From Candidatus Poribacteria bacterium (lineage in GTDB: Bacteria; Poribacteria; WGA-4E; PCPOR2b): DNA of 64,000 nucleotides. Positions 46,962-54,908 of the stretch are shown here, piece after piece. The stretch covers positions 2,456,491-2,520,490 of the forward strand of contig OZ242351.1 in NCBI GenBank assembly GCA_965208675.1. The letters run 5' to 3'. Position numbers and translations under genes: made by a program. Positions within the stretch are counted from its first letter, which is position 1. Every line of letters starts with the position of its first letter. The notes under the pieces were generated by a model. It ran no database searches. It was given only the letters and a program-made list of their open reading frames with translations, and had not been told where the DNA came from.

Positions 46962-47228
46962 TCAAAATGGAACAACAGTGATTTTATCCGATAAGTCTAT
47001 ATCAGTCAAACCACCAAGTTGCTCCACAACAGCTTTCCAAACCTCAGCTGCCTCATCATGTTTTGGCGTACTAAACAACTCAACCGGGGCATGTGGATAG
47101 TATACAATAATTTTAGCTAGTTTGGATTGGTCTTTTGATGTTTCAATACGAAATTCAAGCTGATAAATCATATTCGGATTTAACACTTTTACCAAAGGCG
47201 GATTGTGAGAAAATACAATGCGAATCAC
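46962..47228 (-). CDS. small hypothetical protein
   Basis: 88-aa ORF. GTG start preceded by AAGGAG at 7 nt. Confidence 0.55.
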   Translation of the reverse strand: MIRIVFSHNPPLVKVLNPNMIYQLEFRIETSKDQSKLAKIIVYYPHAPVELFSTPKHDEAAEVWKAVVEQLGGLTDIDLSDKITVVPF

Positions 47229-47258
47229 TTAAATCTCCTTTCTAGTTAGCTTACGTTT

Positions 47259-47606
47259 TTATGTATGATAAAGGGGGTATACCCGAACATTAGGCATTTT
47301 TTTACCCATTATCTTGCGCTCGCGGGATTTGTACACAAGAGACTTTTCTTTAGGAACTATAAATAGGGGAATATCGCCCAAGTCAAGCTCAAAGATTTTT
47401 CTGCACGTCTCCTCATCGTCTTTTACAACAATGGCATACTCCTCTGGTATGGAAATAACTGTGCCGTCGATAATTGGATGATTGCGGTCATACTCTACCC
47501 AATCAGTATCATGAATCAACGACGCCGCAAATGTTGTGAAAATTCCACTTAGCTCGATCTCAACCTTTACTTCTTGCAACCCTTCTAAATCCTTAATGTG
47601 CGACAT
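47259..47606 (-). CDS. small hypothetical protein
   Basis: 115-aa ORF. ATG preceded by GGAG at about 8 nt. Confidence 0.55.
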   Translation of the reverse strand: MSHIKDLEGLQEVKVEIELSGIFTTFAASLIHDTDWVEYDRNHPIIDGTVISIPEEYAIVVKDDEETCRKIFELDLGDIPLFIVPKEKSLVYKSRERKIMGKKMPNVRVYPLYHT

Positions 47607-47741
47607 CTTAAAACTCCATGCGTTTGCTCGCCAGCATTATTGTTTTGGCACAACGATTAGAGAGGTAAAAAGCCCCCTACTTAATTGCGTCTTATTTTCT
47701 GCCAATTGTAAAGTTATTCGCAGTAAGTGATTTATGTCACT

Positions 47742-48008
47742 CTACCCAACATACATACCAGACTCATCACAATCTAAGGTAGGGGGATAATCTCTACCTC
47801 TTGAATCATCTAATTCCGCCCAAAGATCATCGACTCTTTTCTGAAGTTTTTTGACTTCCGATTCAAGAATTTGGTTGCTATCAACAAGGTTTTTATTATC
47901 AAAATCTAAACTCTTATTTTCAGCACGCAACACCTCGCACATGCTTCGCTCGCTTTTAATCGTTTCACAGAGAGACTCAATTAAAATATCTTGATATTCA
48001 GAGTTCAT
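47742..48008 (-). CDS. small coiled-coil hypothetical protein
   Basis: 88-aa ORF with a heptad-like charged sequence (LESEVKKLQKRVDDLWAELDD). Confidence 0.45.
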   Translation of the reverse strand: MNSEYQDILIESLCETIKSERSMCEVLRAENKSLDFDNKNLVDSNQILESEVKKLQKRVDDLWAELDDSRGRDYPPTLDCDESGMYVG

Positions 48009-48051
48009 TATGCTAAAATGTCCTTTCTTGCAATTTAAACTTTAGTTTTAT

Positions 48052-48080
48052 TTGACACAGACGGCAATCTGTGTTATCCT
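48052..48080 (+). promoter_or_regulatory. promoter with extended -10 and embedded palindromic operator
   Basis: TTGACA (48052-48057), 17 nt, TATCCT (48075-48080) with TGT immediately upstream. The spacer contains CACAGA-cggcaa-TCTGTG. Confidence 0.45.
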
Positions 48081-48086
48081 AAAAAA

Positions 48087-48172
48087 ACGGCGCAACAAGA
48101 CTTACCATCTGTGCGTCATTTCGACTATAGATTTTGTTGCATTTAGGGGCAGCCTGACACTGCCCCTTTTTT
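48087..48172 (+). ncRNA. candidate ~85-nt small RNA
   Basis: Runs from the promoter at 48052-48080 to the terminator GGGGCAG-cctgaca-CTGCCCC + TTTTTT (48146-48172). No ORF. Confidence 0.35.
48146..48172 (+). terminator. intrinsic terminator
   Basis: 7-bp GC-rich stem, 7-nt loop, T6 run. Confidence 0.6.
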
Positions 48173-48403
48173 GTTACGTTAATTTAGTTTAACATATTTG
48201 GTCTACAAAGTCAATCTTTTTTCATTCCTTAAAACGCATAAGTCCATAGGAGCACAATTCAGTTTCAAAAAGGACTGCTATGGGAATTATGGAATAATCG
48301 CAGGGAGTGTTAAAGCCAAAAACAACCGTATATTTTTTGAATTCACAACCGACGGCTTGGCGGTTGGCAAATTTTCCAATGTTCATTATTTATTGATTTC
48401 TTT

Positions 48404-49180
48404 TCAACATATACACTTCATTCGCTCTTCGGCAATTTTTACATAATTTTTATCCTTTTCAATCCCAATCCATCTTCGACCAAATTTATTCGCAACATAG
48501 GAAGTTGTACCACTCCCCAAAAAAGGATCGAGAACAATGTCACCCTCATTTGAACTTGCGAGAATAATTCGCTTCAACATTTCTTCGGGTTTTTGTGTTG
48601 GGTGAAGTGCACGCCCCCCTTCACCTCGCAAACGCTCCTTGCCCTGAACGAGAGGCAACCCCCAAAAATCACGCATTTGCTTCAAACTTCCGTCCTTTTG
48701 TTTGTCGGGGTTTATTTTCTTTATTTCTTCGTAATTGAATGTCCAACCACTTCCATTTACCGCCCAAACGACAAATTCCGTTGAATGTGTGAATACTCGC
48801 TTTGTCATGTTTGGCATTGCGTTTGTTTTGTGCCAAGTGATGATGTTGTTTATCTTGTAGGCAAGCTGCTTTAAGACGATCATCACTTCCGCTATGTTGT
48901 GGTAACTACAAGCAACATAGATTGCTCCCTTATCTTTCAAGATCGTATCGCATGCGCCAAGCCATTTTCTTGTGAATTGCAGATATTCTGGCGCAGACAT
49001 CTTGTCCCATTCCTCGTTTACCATGTACCAGTCCCCGCCAGTTTTGTTGCCTTTCCATTGCAGTCCATTGCGAGACAAATTATATGGAGGATCGGAAAAA
49101 ATCAAGTCGATGGATTTCTTATCAACTTTCTTGTTGAGTGTTTCGATACAATCTCCGTGGTAGATGACATTTGTTTTCAT
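48404..49180 (-). CDS. DNA methyltransferase, beta-class (N6-adenine or N4-cytosine), M2 of the R-M system
   Basis: 258 aa. Motif IV IFSDPPYNL near the N-terminus and motif I VLDPFLGSGTT near the C-terminus (beta-class order). Confidence 0.85.
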   Translation of the reverse strand: MKTNVIYHGDCIETLNKKVDKKSIDLIFSDPPYNLSRNGLQWKGNKTGGDWYMVNEEWDKMSAPEYLQFTRKWLGACDTILKDKGAIYVACSYHNIAEVMIVLKQLAYKINNIITWHKTNAMPNMTKRVFTHSTEFVVWAVNGSGWTFNYEEIKKINPDKQKDGSLKQMRDFWGLPLVQGKERLRGEGGRALHPTQKPEEMLKRIILASSNEGDIVLDPFLGSGTTSYVANKFGRRWIGIEKDKNYVKIAEERMKCIC

Positions 49181-49184
49181 ATTG

Positions 49185-51008
49185 TTATGATTTGGTTACA
49201 AGAGTTTCTCCCCATGTTGAGATTGTTTCCGAGATACTTCTTATCCATTTTCCAGAATCACTGTATGAGGTTGAAGACTGAAGAATCTCGTCGTATAAAC
49301 GAGAAATATCTGAATGTTTCAATAACTTTTTTTCGTTTTTCATTTGGAGCAATTTTTTTAGGATCGAAACAAATTGATCTATTGAGAGAGGAACAATCTT
49401 CTGTGGCTTGCCCTCATACTCATATTTGATTGCTGTCCAAAATGTATTGATTGTATCTCTGTGTAATCTTGGTGCAATAAATAGGCAATAAGAGGGTTTG
49501 TCGCCATTTTTATTCTCAAAATCCCGCAAATGCCTCATGACCGGCTGTCCCTCGTTATACCATTGATTACGACCTGTAAGAATTGTTACTTCACAAATTG
49601 CGTTGAAATCTTCGTAGAAACATTCAATATCGGGTGTATTTGCGGGAGCAGTAAAGGTTGGTTCGTTATCGTCTCCAACTGGATGATTTGGCTGGATTTT
49701 TAAAGCGGCATTAAGTGCATGCAGTCCGAGCGCAGAATATTTTTCAAGTAAAATTGGACCATCCTCTACGTTGTAAATATTTTCGAGTGATTCGATGTAT
49801 GACTCAATGTGCTCGATTGATTGAGATTTTTTTTGATTTTCTTCCTCTTGGAGTTGCCGTCTATATCTCCGAAGCTCCGCAAGATATTCCTTCAATTCGC
49901 TGTCCTGCAGTATTTCTATTGTCTTTAAAGTAGTAGTGTCTTTGTCTAGGTCTGCTTCATATTGATGTATTTCGTTAATGAGTTTTTTCGCAATTTCGGA
50001 ATACTTTTCTTTTGTCTCCCACGGTAGCTGCGGTTGAGCAATATCTGAAATATATGAAAAATACTCTTTTTTTGATTCAAACTTCTGTGCTTTAGCATTA
50101 TCGTAAGCTAATAAGGAATTGATTTCGACTAATCGTCTTGGTTCGAGGTCAACATAAAAACCACCGCCGCGGATATGAATATATCGAGTTAGGCGGAAAT
50201 AACGGATTGCGTTGTCTCCGTAATCGTGAAGGTTGTTTAGTAAGCGATCAATATCTTTTTTAATGCCAGTATGAAGAAAATCACCAGCAAATCTTGTTTT
50301 GTAGGCCTCCAAAATCTGTCTTTGTCTTTGTTTGGTTTTTCCGTTTAGCTCTTCCCTAAGTGATATGATTGATTCGGCATACCTTTCTATGTCGTTATAG
50401 TTAACGAGAGTAGGGGCAAAAAGAGAGAATTCCTTTTTGCTTATACCCTTTGGTGCATTACCAATAGACTTTTCTATCTGATTGACAGAGTTAATCAAAT
50501 GAAGCGTTCCAATAAATGGCTTTATGTCATAGGTGCCATTATCGGGATAGTCTCGACTATCTGGGTTTGGTAGTTGCCATTTCAAGAAACTTTTGAAGTA
50601 GATTTCTCCGAAATCGAAGTCTTCGTTTAGAAAAAGTCTTCCTAGTTCTGTTATTCTTAACTTTCCATTTTCAATAAGGACAAACCCAAACTTTTTAAGT
50701 GGGTTTAACGATTGCCTGCCGCGCATTGCAGGATCTTCATATGCTTTGGCGTTGAATATCTCTTGTGCCTGTTCAAATGAGATTTCTTGCGATGAATCAT
50801 CAACCAGATCAATCATTGCTTGTGGTAATCCATTGTAAAACTGAGTTTTTCCATAACCATACACTCGGTTTTGGATCAAACGTATTTGATACTCCATCTG
50901 GCTTTCTGCGTCCCAATCTGAATTCTGAAGTTGCTTCACAACAAGCAAGAAATCTCTTAACCTTTCGGGATTCCTCAATGTTGTTGTAATTGACCAAGGT
51001 TTCTTCAT
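49185..51008 (-). CDS. type IIS restriction (or nicking) endonuclease of the AlwI / BstNBI / MlyI / PleI family
   Basis: 607 aa. N-terminus KPWSITTTLRNPERL. Blocks LKKFGFVLIENGKLRITELG, FLKWQLPNP, AIRYFRLTRYI. Catalytic-region-like PDIECFYEDFNAICEVT and CLFIAPRL..TINTF resemble what I recall of N.BspD6I/N.BstNBI. Confidence 0.7.
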   Translation of the reverse strand: MKKPWSITTTLRNPERLRDFLLVVKQLQNSDWDAESQMEYQIRLIQNRVYGYGKTQFYNGLPQAMIDLVDDSSQEISFEQAQEIFNAKAYEDPAMRGRQSLNPLKKFGFVLIENGKLRITELGRLFLNEDFDFGEIYFKSFLKWQLPNPDSRDYPDNGTYDIKPFIGTLHLINSVNQIEKSIGNAPKGISKKEFSLFAPTLVNYNDIERYAESIISLREELNGKTKQRQRQILEAYKTRFAGDFLHTGIKKDIDRLLNNLHDYGDNAIRYFRLTRYIHIRGGGFYVDLEPRRLVEINSLLAYDNAKAQKFESKKEYFSYISDIAQPQLPWETKEKYSEIAKKLINEIHQYEADLDKDTTTLKTIEILQDSELKEYLAELRRYRRQLQEEENQKKSQSIEHIESYIESLENIYNVEDGPILLEKYSALGLHALNAALKIQPNHPVGDDNEPTFTAPANTPDIECFYEDFNAICEVTILTGRNQWYNEGQPVMRHLRDFENKNGDKPSYCLFIAPRLHRDTINTFWTAIKYEYEGKPQKIVPLSIDQFVSILKKLLQMKNEKKLLKHSDISRLYDEILQSSTSYSDSGKWIRSISETISTWGETLVTKS

Positions 51009-51010
51009 CG

Positions 51011-52831
51011 CTATTTTGTTGCTCTACAATAGAAAATGCGTTCCGTATTACCTTCGCCGTTGCTTTTGCCTGTGGTAAAGGCTTGATAGAACTTTTCAAA
51101 AATTTCGACCTCGCCCTTATTTCGTAAAATTCGCAAGATTTCGTCGTCGCTCATTCGTGCATTTGAACGCCCATCTTTTGAGTCTCCTGTATTGTTGTAG
51201 GAAAGAAGAATGTGTTTGCAATCTGCATTCTTGATTAAATCTTCAAATGCACTTGTTGCGTTCTTAAGGCAATAATTGCTTTTGATATGCGAACGATCCA
51301 TTTTTTTGCCGATACCAACAACTTCTGGCATTTCCCATTCTGCAAGATTTTCTAAAAGGTGATACGCATCTGAATATTGCCGTGAATTGTACGGCGGATC
51401 AATGTATAAGGCATCGGAAGAGATTTTTCTGATGAGCGCATTTGCGTCCTCTCGGTAAATCTCATTGTTGGTGTTGTTTGAATGATTAACATCTGGAATG
51501 AGTAGTTTTATCGGCTGAAGCATATCCATTTTTTTTCGGAAAGCGTCATAGTGACCAACTGTATTTGCAACTCTGTCCACCGCATAGAGTAAAGAACAAA
51601 TCAAAATGTTCTTATCACTCTCCCTTGTTGCAATCGTATCGATCTCTTCTCTAATTGCTCCTATTTTTCTTGCGTTTTCTTGTGTAAAATATGTGCCGCC
51701 GAAATGTTTTGAGAAATAATTGTCTTTGTCGTTCGGCAGATTATTAAGATGTTCAATTTTTTTTGAAACGATTGTTCGTAGATCTTTGTTCGTTCCCAAA
51801 AAAGCATGTAGGCAAGCATAATTTGCAAAGAGGAAATCATTGGAAATGACTTTTATATCAGGACTATTAAATCTCTCTCCAACAACTCCAGTGCCAGCAA
51901 AAATATCGCAAAGTGAATTTACGGATCCGCATTTGTCAGAAATTATATCCTCAATGAATCCAAGGAGTTTATATTTATTCCCCAAGTAACGTCGATTTTG
52001 TAACTGGAAGTAACCCGTTTTCGATTCTCGCGGTTGAAAAAGATGTTTATCAATTTTCTGAATATTGACTTGATAATTTGGCTTTTCAAATTCTAGCAAA
52101 TCAAAAAGCGTTTTTTGTATTCCGTCCGCAACATAGTCAAGGCCATTGAGCTGATTCTTTAACTTTTCATTAAAGCTATAGTTCCCTTTTTCGGAAATGA
52201 TCACGAAGTCAATCACCGGGATTCCCATTATTTCTCCGGCGTGAGCTATCCTTTCAACGATTTGAACATCCTTCTCGCTGGGTGATGTCTCACCGGACGG
52301 GTGATTGTGAACGATAACCACGCTTGCAGCGTTTAATTCTGTTGCGGGATAGAAAATTTCCCTTGGATGTAGCAATGTCTTGTCTAAGAGTCCAACACTA
52401 ACAATCTCTTTTTTCAACAAGACATTTCGTGCATTTAGATACAAACCAACTAAATGCTCTTTTTTCTTATCTCTCAAATCATAAGTTACAGAAACAACGT
52501 CTTGAGAATTTTTGATCACAACTTCGTTAGTTTGATCTTCGGTGTAAAATCTTTTTACCAAGGAAACTGCTGACGCGACTTGCAATGCTTTTGCTTCGCC
52601 AATACCAGCAATCCCTTTTAAATCGTCCACCGTAACATTCAGAAAATCTTTTCCAAACTTTTTTATAATTTGTTGCGATAGCTGTTGGACATTTTTCCCC
52701 TTGATTCCACTTCCTAGCAAAATCGCCAATAAATCGACTTTTGAAAGTGCGTCCGGACCTTTTTTCAGGAACCTTTCGCGAGGTCTGTCTATTCTTGGAA
52801 TATCCTTAATCTTTGCCATCACAGTTTCCAA
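51011..52831 (-). CDS. fusion protein: RadC-like JAB/MPN domain (N-terminal) + D12-class (Dam-like, alpha-class) N6-adenine DNA methyltransferase (C-terminal), M1 of the R-M system
   Basis: 606 aa. RadC part: RPRERF, LLAILLGSG, HhH-like GIGEAKA, HNHPSGETSPSEKD. MTase part: RYLGNKYKLL, DIFAGTGVVG (motif I), then LYIDPPYNSRQY (motif IV). Confidence 0.8.
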   Translation of the reverse strand: METVMAKIKDIPRIDRPRERFLKKGPDALSKVDLLAILLGSGIKGKNVQQLSQQIIKKFGKDFLNVTVDDLKGIAGIGEAKALQVASAVSLVKRFYTEDQTNEVVIKNSQDVVSVTYDLRDKKKEHLVGLYLNARNVLLKKEIVSVGLLDKTLLHPREIFYPATELNAASVVIVHNHPSGETSPSEKDVQIVERIAHAGEIMGIPVIDFVIISEKGNYSFNEKLKNQLNGLDYVADGIQKTLFDLLEFEKPNYQVNIQKIDKHLFQPRESKTGYFQLQNRRYLGNKYKLLGFIEDIISDKCGSVNSLCDIFAGTGVVGERFNSPDIKVISNDFLFANYACLHAFLGTNKDLRTIVSKKIEHLNNLPNDKDNYFSKHFGGTYFTQENARKIGAIREEIDTIATRESDKNILICSLLYAVDRVANTVGHYDAFRKKMDMLQPIKLLIPDVNHSNNTNNEIYREDANALIRKISSDALYIDPPYNSRQYSDAYHLLENLAEWEMPEVVGIGKKMDRSHIKSNYCLKNATSAFEDLIKNADCKHILLSYNNTGDSKDGRSNARMSDDEILRILRNKGEVEIFEKFYQAFTTGKSNGEGNTERIFYCRATK

Positions 52832-53274
52832 GTTTTATCTACGCTCACGTTGAACCTATTACTTACCCCCATCCTTTAGACAGCAACTAACGAGATTTAA
52901 GTAATAATGTCCGACTAATTCTGGTCAATTTTCAACACCTGAAGTTAGTGAAAATACACCTCGTAAGGTGTTCGGTATTCGAGCGATTGATGTGACCGCT
53001 CTCGGTTGAAATGTTGAAATAATCCCTCAAGCGACGTTAAGGCAACCATACTCTTCGACAACACGTGTACGTATGTGCTGCTCTATCTGCCAATCATACC
53101 AAAAGGTACCTCTACTGTCAATTGCATTTTCGTTGCAAATTTATTTTTGAAAATGTTATAATCGGAGAAAATACGGACGTAATGCGTAATTTTATTAAAT
53201 GATTCCCAAGGCGGCGTGCCGGGACTGCCGGCATCTTGAGCGAGTTTGGCGTGATTAGGATAGGAGCGGTACTT

Positions 53275-54852
53275 ATGAGAATTATACAAAGAGCGCGGGA
53301 ATTCCGGATAATCGCCTTGGCGATTATAACGCTGCTTGCATTTGGCGCCGTAGTTGAGGCGCGCATCTCCACGAGTACGAAGCACCTGGATGAATATATT
53401 AACACCACCTTGAAAGAAGAGGGGATTAAGCCGTCGAAGCGGTCAAAAGACGCCGAGTTTTTGAGGCGCGTGCATCTCGATCTGAACGGAAAGATTCCCA
53501 ATGTTGACGAGGTAGTGAGGTTCCTCGACGATGGATCGAAGAACAAGCGCGAGAAAAAGATTGACGAGTTGCTCGGCAGCGAACCTTTTCTTGACAACTG
53601 GACACGGATTTGGGTGAACTGGTTGGTTGGGCGGGGCAATAGCGACCGCCGTTTTGAGTTGACGAACTGGGTTCGCGAGGCGCTGGCGCGCAATCTGACA
53701 TACGACCGGTTTGTTGCCGCGTTAATCACGGCGGATGGGAAGATTACGGAGAACGGCGCCGGCGGTTTTTTGCTTCGATACGACCTATCGCCGATAGACT
53801 TGACCGCTCAGACGTCGCGGTTATTTCTTGGCTTGCCGATGCAGTGCGCGCAGTGCCACGACCATAAGAGCGAGGAGTGGCTGCAGGAAGATTTCTATAG
53901 CATCGCGGCGTTCTTTGCGAGTACGGAATATGAGCGAATCTACGAGAAGGACGAAAACGGCGAAGAAGAGGAGATTGATGTCGTTTTGAGGAATATTCCG
54001 CGCGGTTCCGTGTACATTCCGGACGCCGAACAAGAAACGCCGGCGCGCTTCTTGGATGGCGAACGCTACAAGGGTTCCCCTATGCTGCGCCGCCGTGCAT
54101 TGAGCGAATGGATGACATCGAAAGAGAATCCGTACTTCAGCCGCGCACTCGTGAATCGGATTTGGGCGCATTTTATGGGCAAAGGGTTCGTGGAACCGCT
54201 CGACGGATTTGGAGAAGAGTACCCCCCGACGCATCCGGAGTTGCTCGATTGGTTGGCGGATGATTTTGCGGCGCACAATTACGACCTGCGGTATCTCATG
54301 CGAACGATACTAAATTCGCAAGCGTACCAGCGAACATCCGCGGCGAATAAGCACAACGCAGACGACGAGACCCACTATTCGCACGCTTATGTCAAGCCGT
54401 TGAACGCAGAGCAGTTCTTCTATTCGATGATTGAAGCCACGGGTTTTGATCGGCTTCAGAAACGGCGGGACCGGGGGGCGCTCGAACACATGAAACGCCG
54501 GTACCTCGAACGCTTCATATTCTTGCTAGCCAACGGCGAAATGGAGGAGCTTGAGGCGTTCAACGGCACCGTGCCGCAAGCGTTGATGATGATTAACGGA
54601 CCGTTGGTGAACGATAGCGGCGATCACAAAGCCCGCGGCAGTCTAATCAATGACATACTCAAACGGTGGCGCACCACAGCGGATCGGGTAGATCAAATTT
54701 ATCTCAGGACGCTTTCACGCCCGGCGACAGCTTCAGAACAATCCTATTTCAAACGTTACGAGGACACGAGCCTGTACCGCGACAAGGAATTACCGTATGA
54801 AGACCTCTATTGGGCGTTGCTGAACTCGGCGGAGTTCTCGTTAAACCACTAG
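53275..54852 (+). CDS. DUF1549/DUF1553 (PSCyt2/PSD1-type) domain protein
   Basis: The ATG at 53275 follows TAGGAG and gives the signal/TM segment MRIIQRAREFRIIALAIITLLAFGAV. VHLDLNGKIP (DUF1549), CAQCHDHK, then a DUF1553-like C-terminal half. Confidence 0.8.
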   Translation: MRIIQRAREFRIIALAIITLLAFGAVVEARISTSTKHLDEYINTTLKEEGIKPSKRSKDAEFLRRVHLDLNGKIPNVDEVVRFLDDGSKNKREKKIDELLGSEPFLDNWTRIWVNWLVGRGNSDRRFELTNWVREALARNLTYDRFVAALITADGKITENGAGGFLLRYDLSPIDLTAQTSRLFLGLPMQCAQCHDHKSEEWLQEDFYSIAAFFASTEYERIYEKDENGEEEEIDVVLRNIPRGSVYIPDAEQETPARFLDGERYKGSPMLRRRALSEWMTSKENPYFSRALVNRIWAHFMGKGFVEPLDGFGEEYPPTHPELLDWLADDFAAHNYDLRYLMRTILNSQAYQRTSAANKHNADDETHYSHAYVKPLNAEQFFYSMIEATGFDRLQKRRDRGALEHMKRRYLERFIFLLANGEMEELEAFNGTVPQALMMINGPLVNDSGDHKARGSLINDILKRWRTTADRVDQIYLRTLSRPATASEQSYFKRYEDTSLYRDKELPYEDLYWALLNSAEFSLNH

Positions 54853-54908
54853 TAGACTTACGGCGTTTGGAGCTGTAAGCCGTGAACTGTTGACGAAAGG
54901 AAGAGGAC

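Noticed and set aside
46762-48283. Possibility that the two homologous structured elements are integron attC sites bracketing cassettes
   Set aside because: There are only two copies. Three ORFs plus a promoter/terminator unit lie between them rather than one ORF per site. I could not identify a clear R''/L''-L'/R' (GTTRRRY) organisation, and there is no intI gene in the window.
48198-48446. 82-aa plus-strand ORF between the small-ORF cluster and the methyltransferase
   Set aside because: It overlaps the conserved structured element B and the 3' end of the methyltransferase gene. It has no RBS and a hydrophobic, low-complexity translation.
42724-53235. Search for a tRNA gene, integrase or flanking direct repeats that would define the island as an integrative element
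   Set aside because: I saw no tRNA-like T-arm or acceptor signatures and no tyrosine or serine recombinase. I also found no shared repeat between 42724-42965 and 52832-53235, so the island boundaries are left approximate.
53083-53729. Minus-strand ORFs (100 and 203 aa) at the island/DUF1549 junction
   Set aside because: They lie antisense to the well-supported DUF1549/1553 gene and have Ser/Arg-rich shadow-frame composition.
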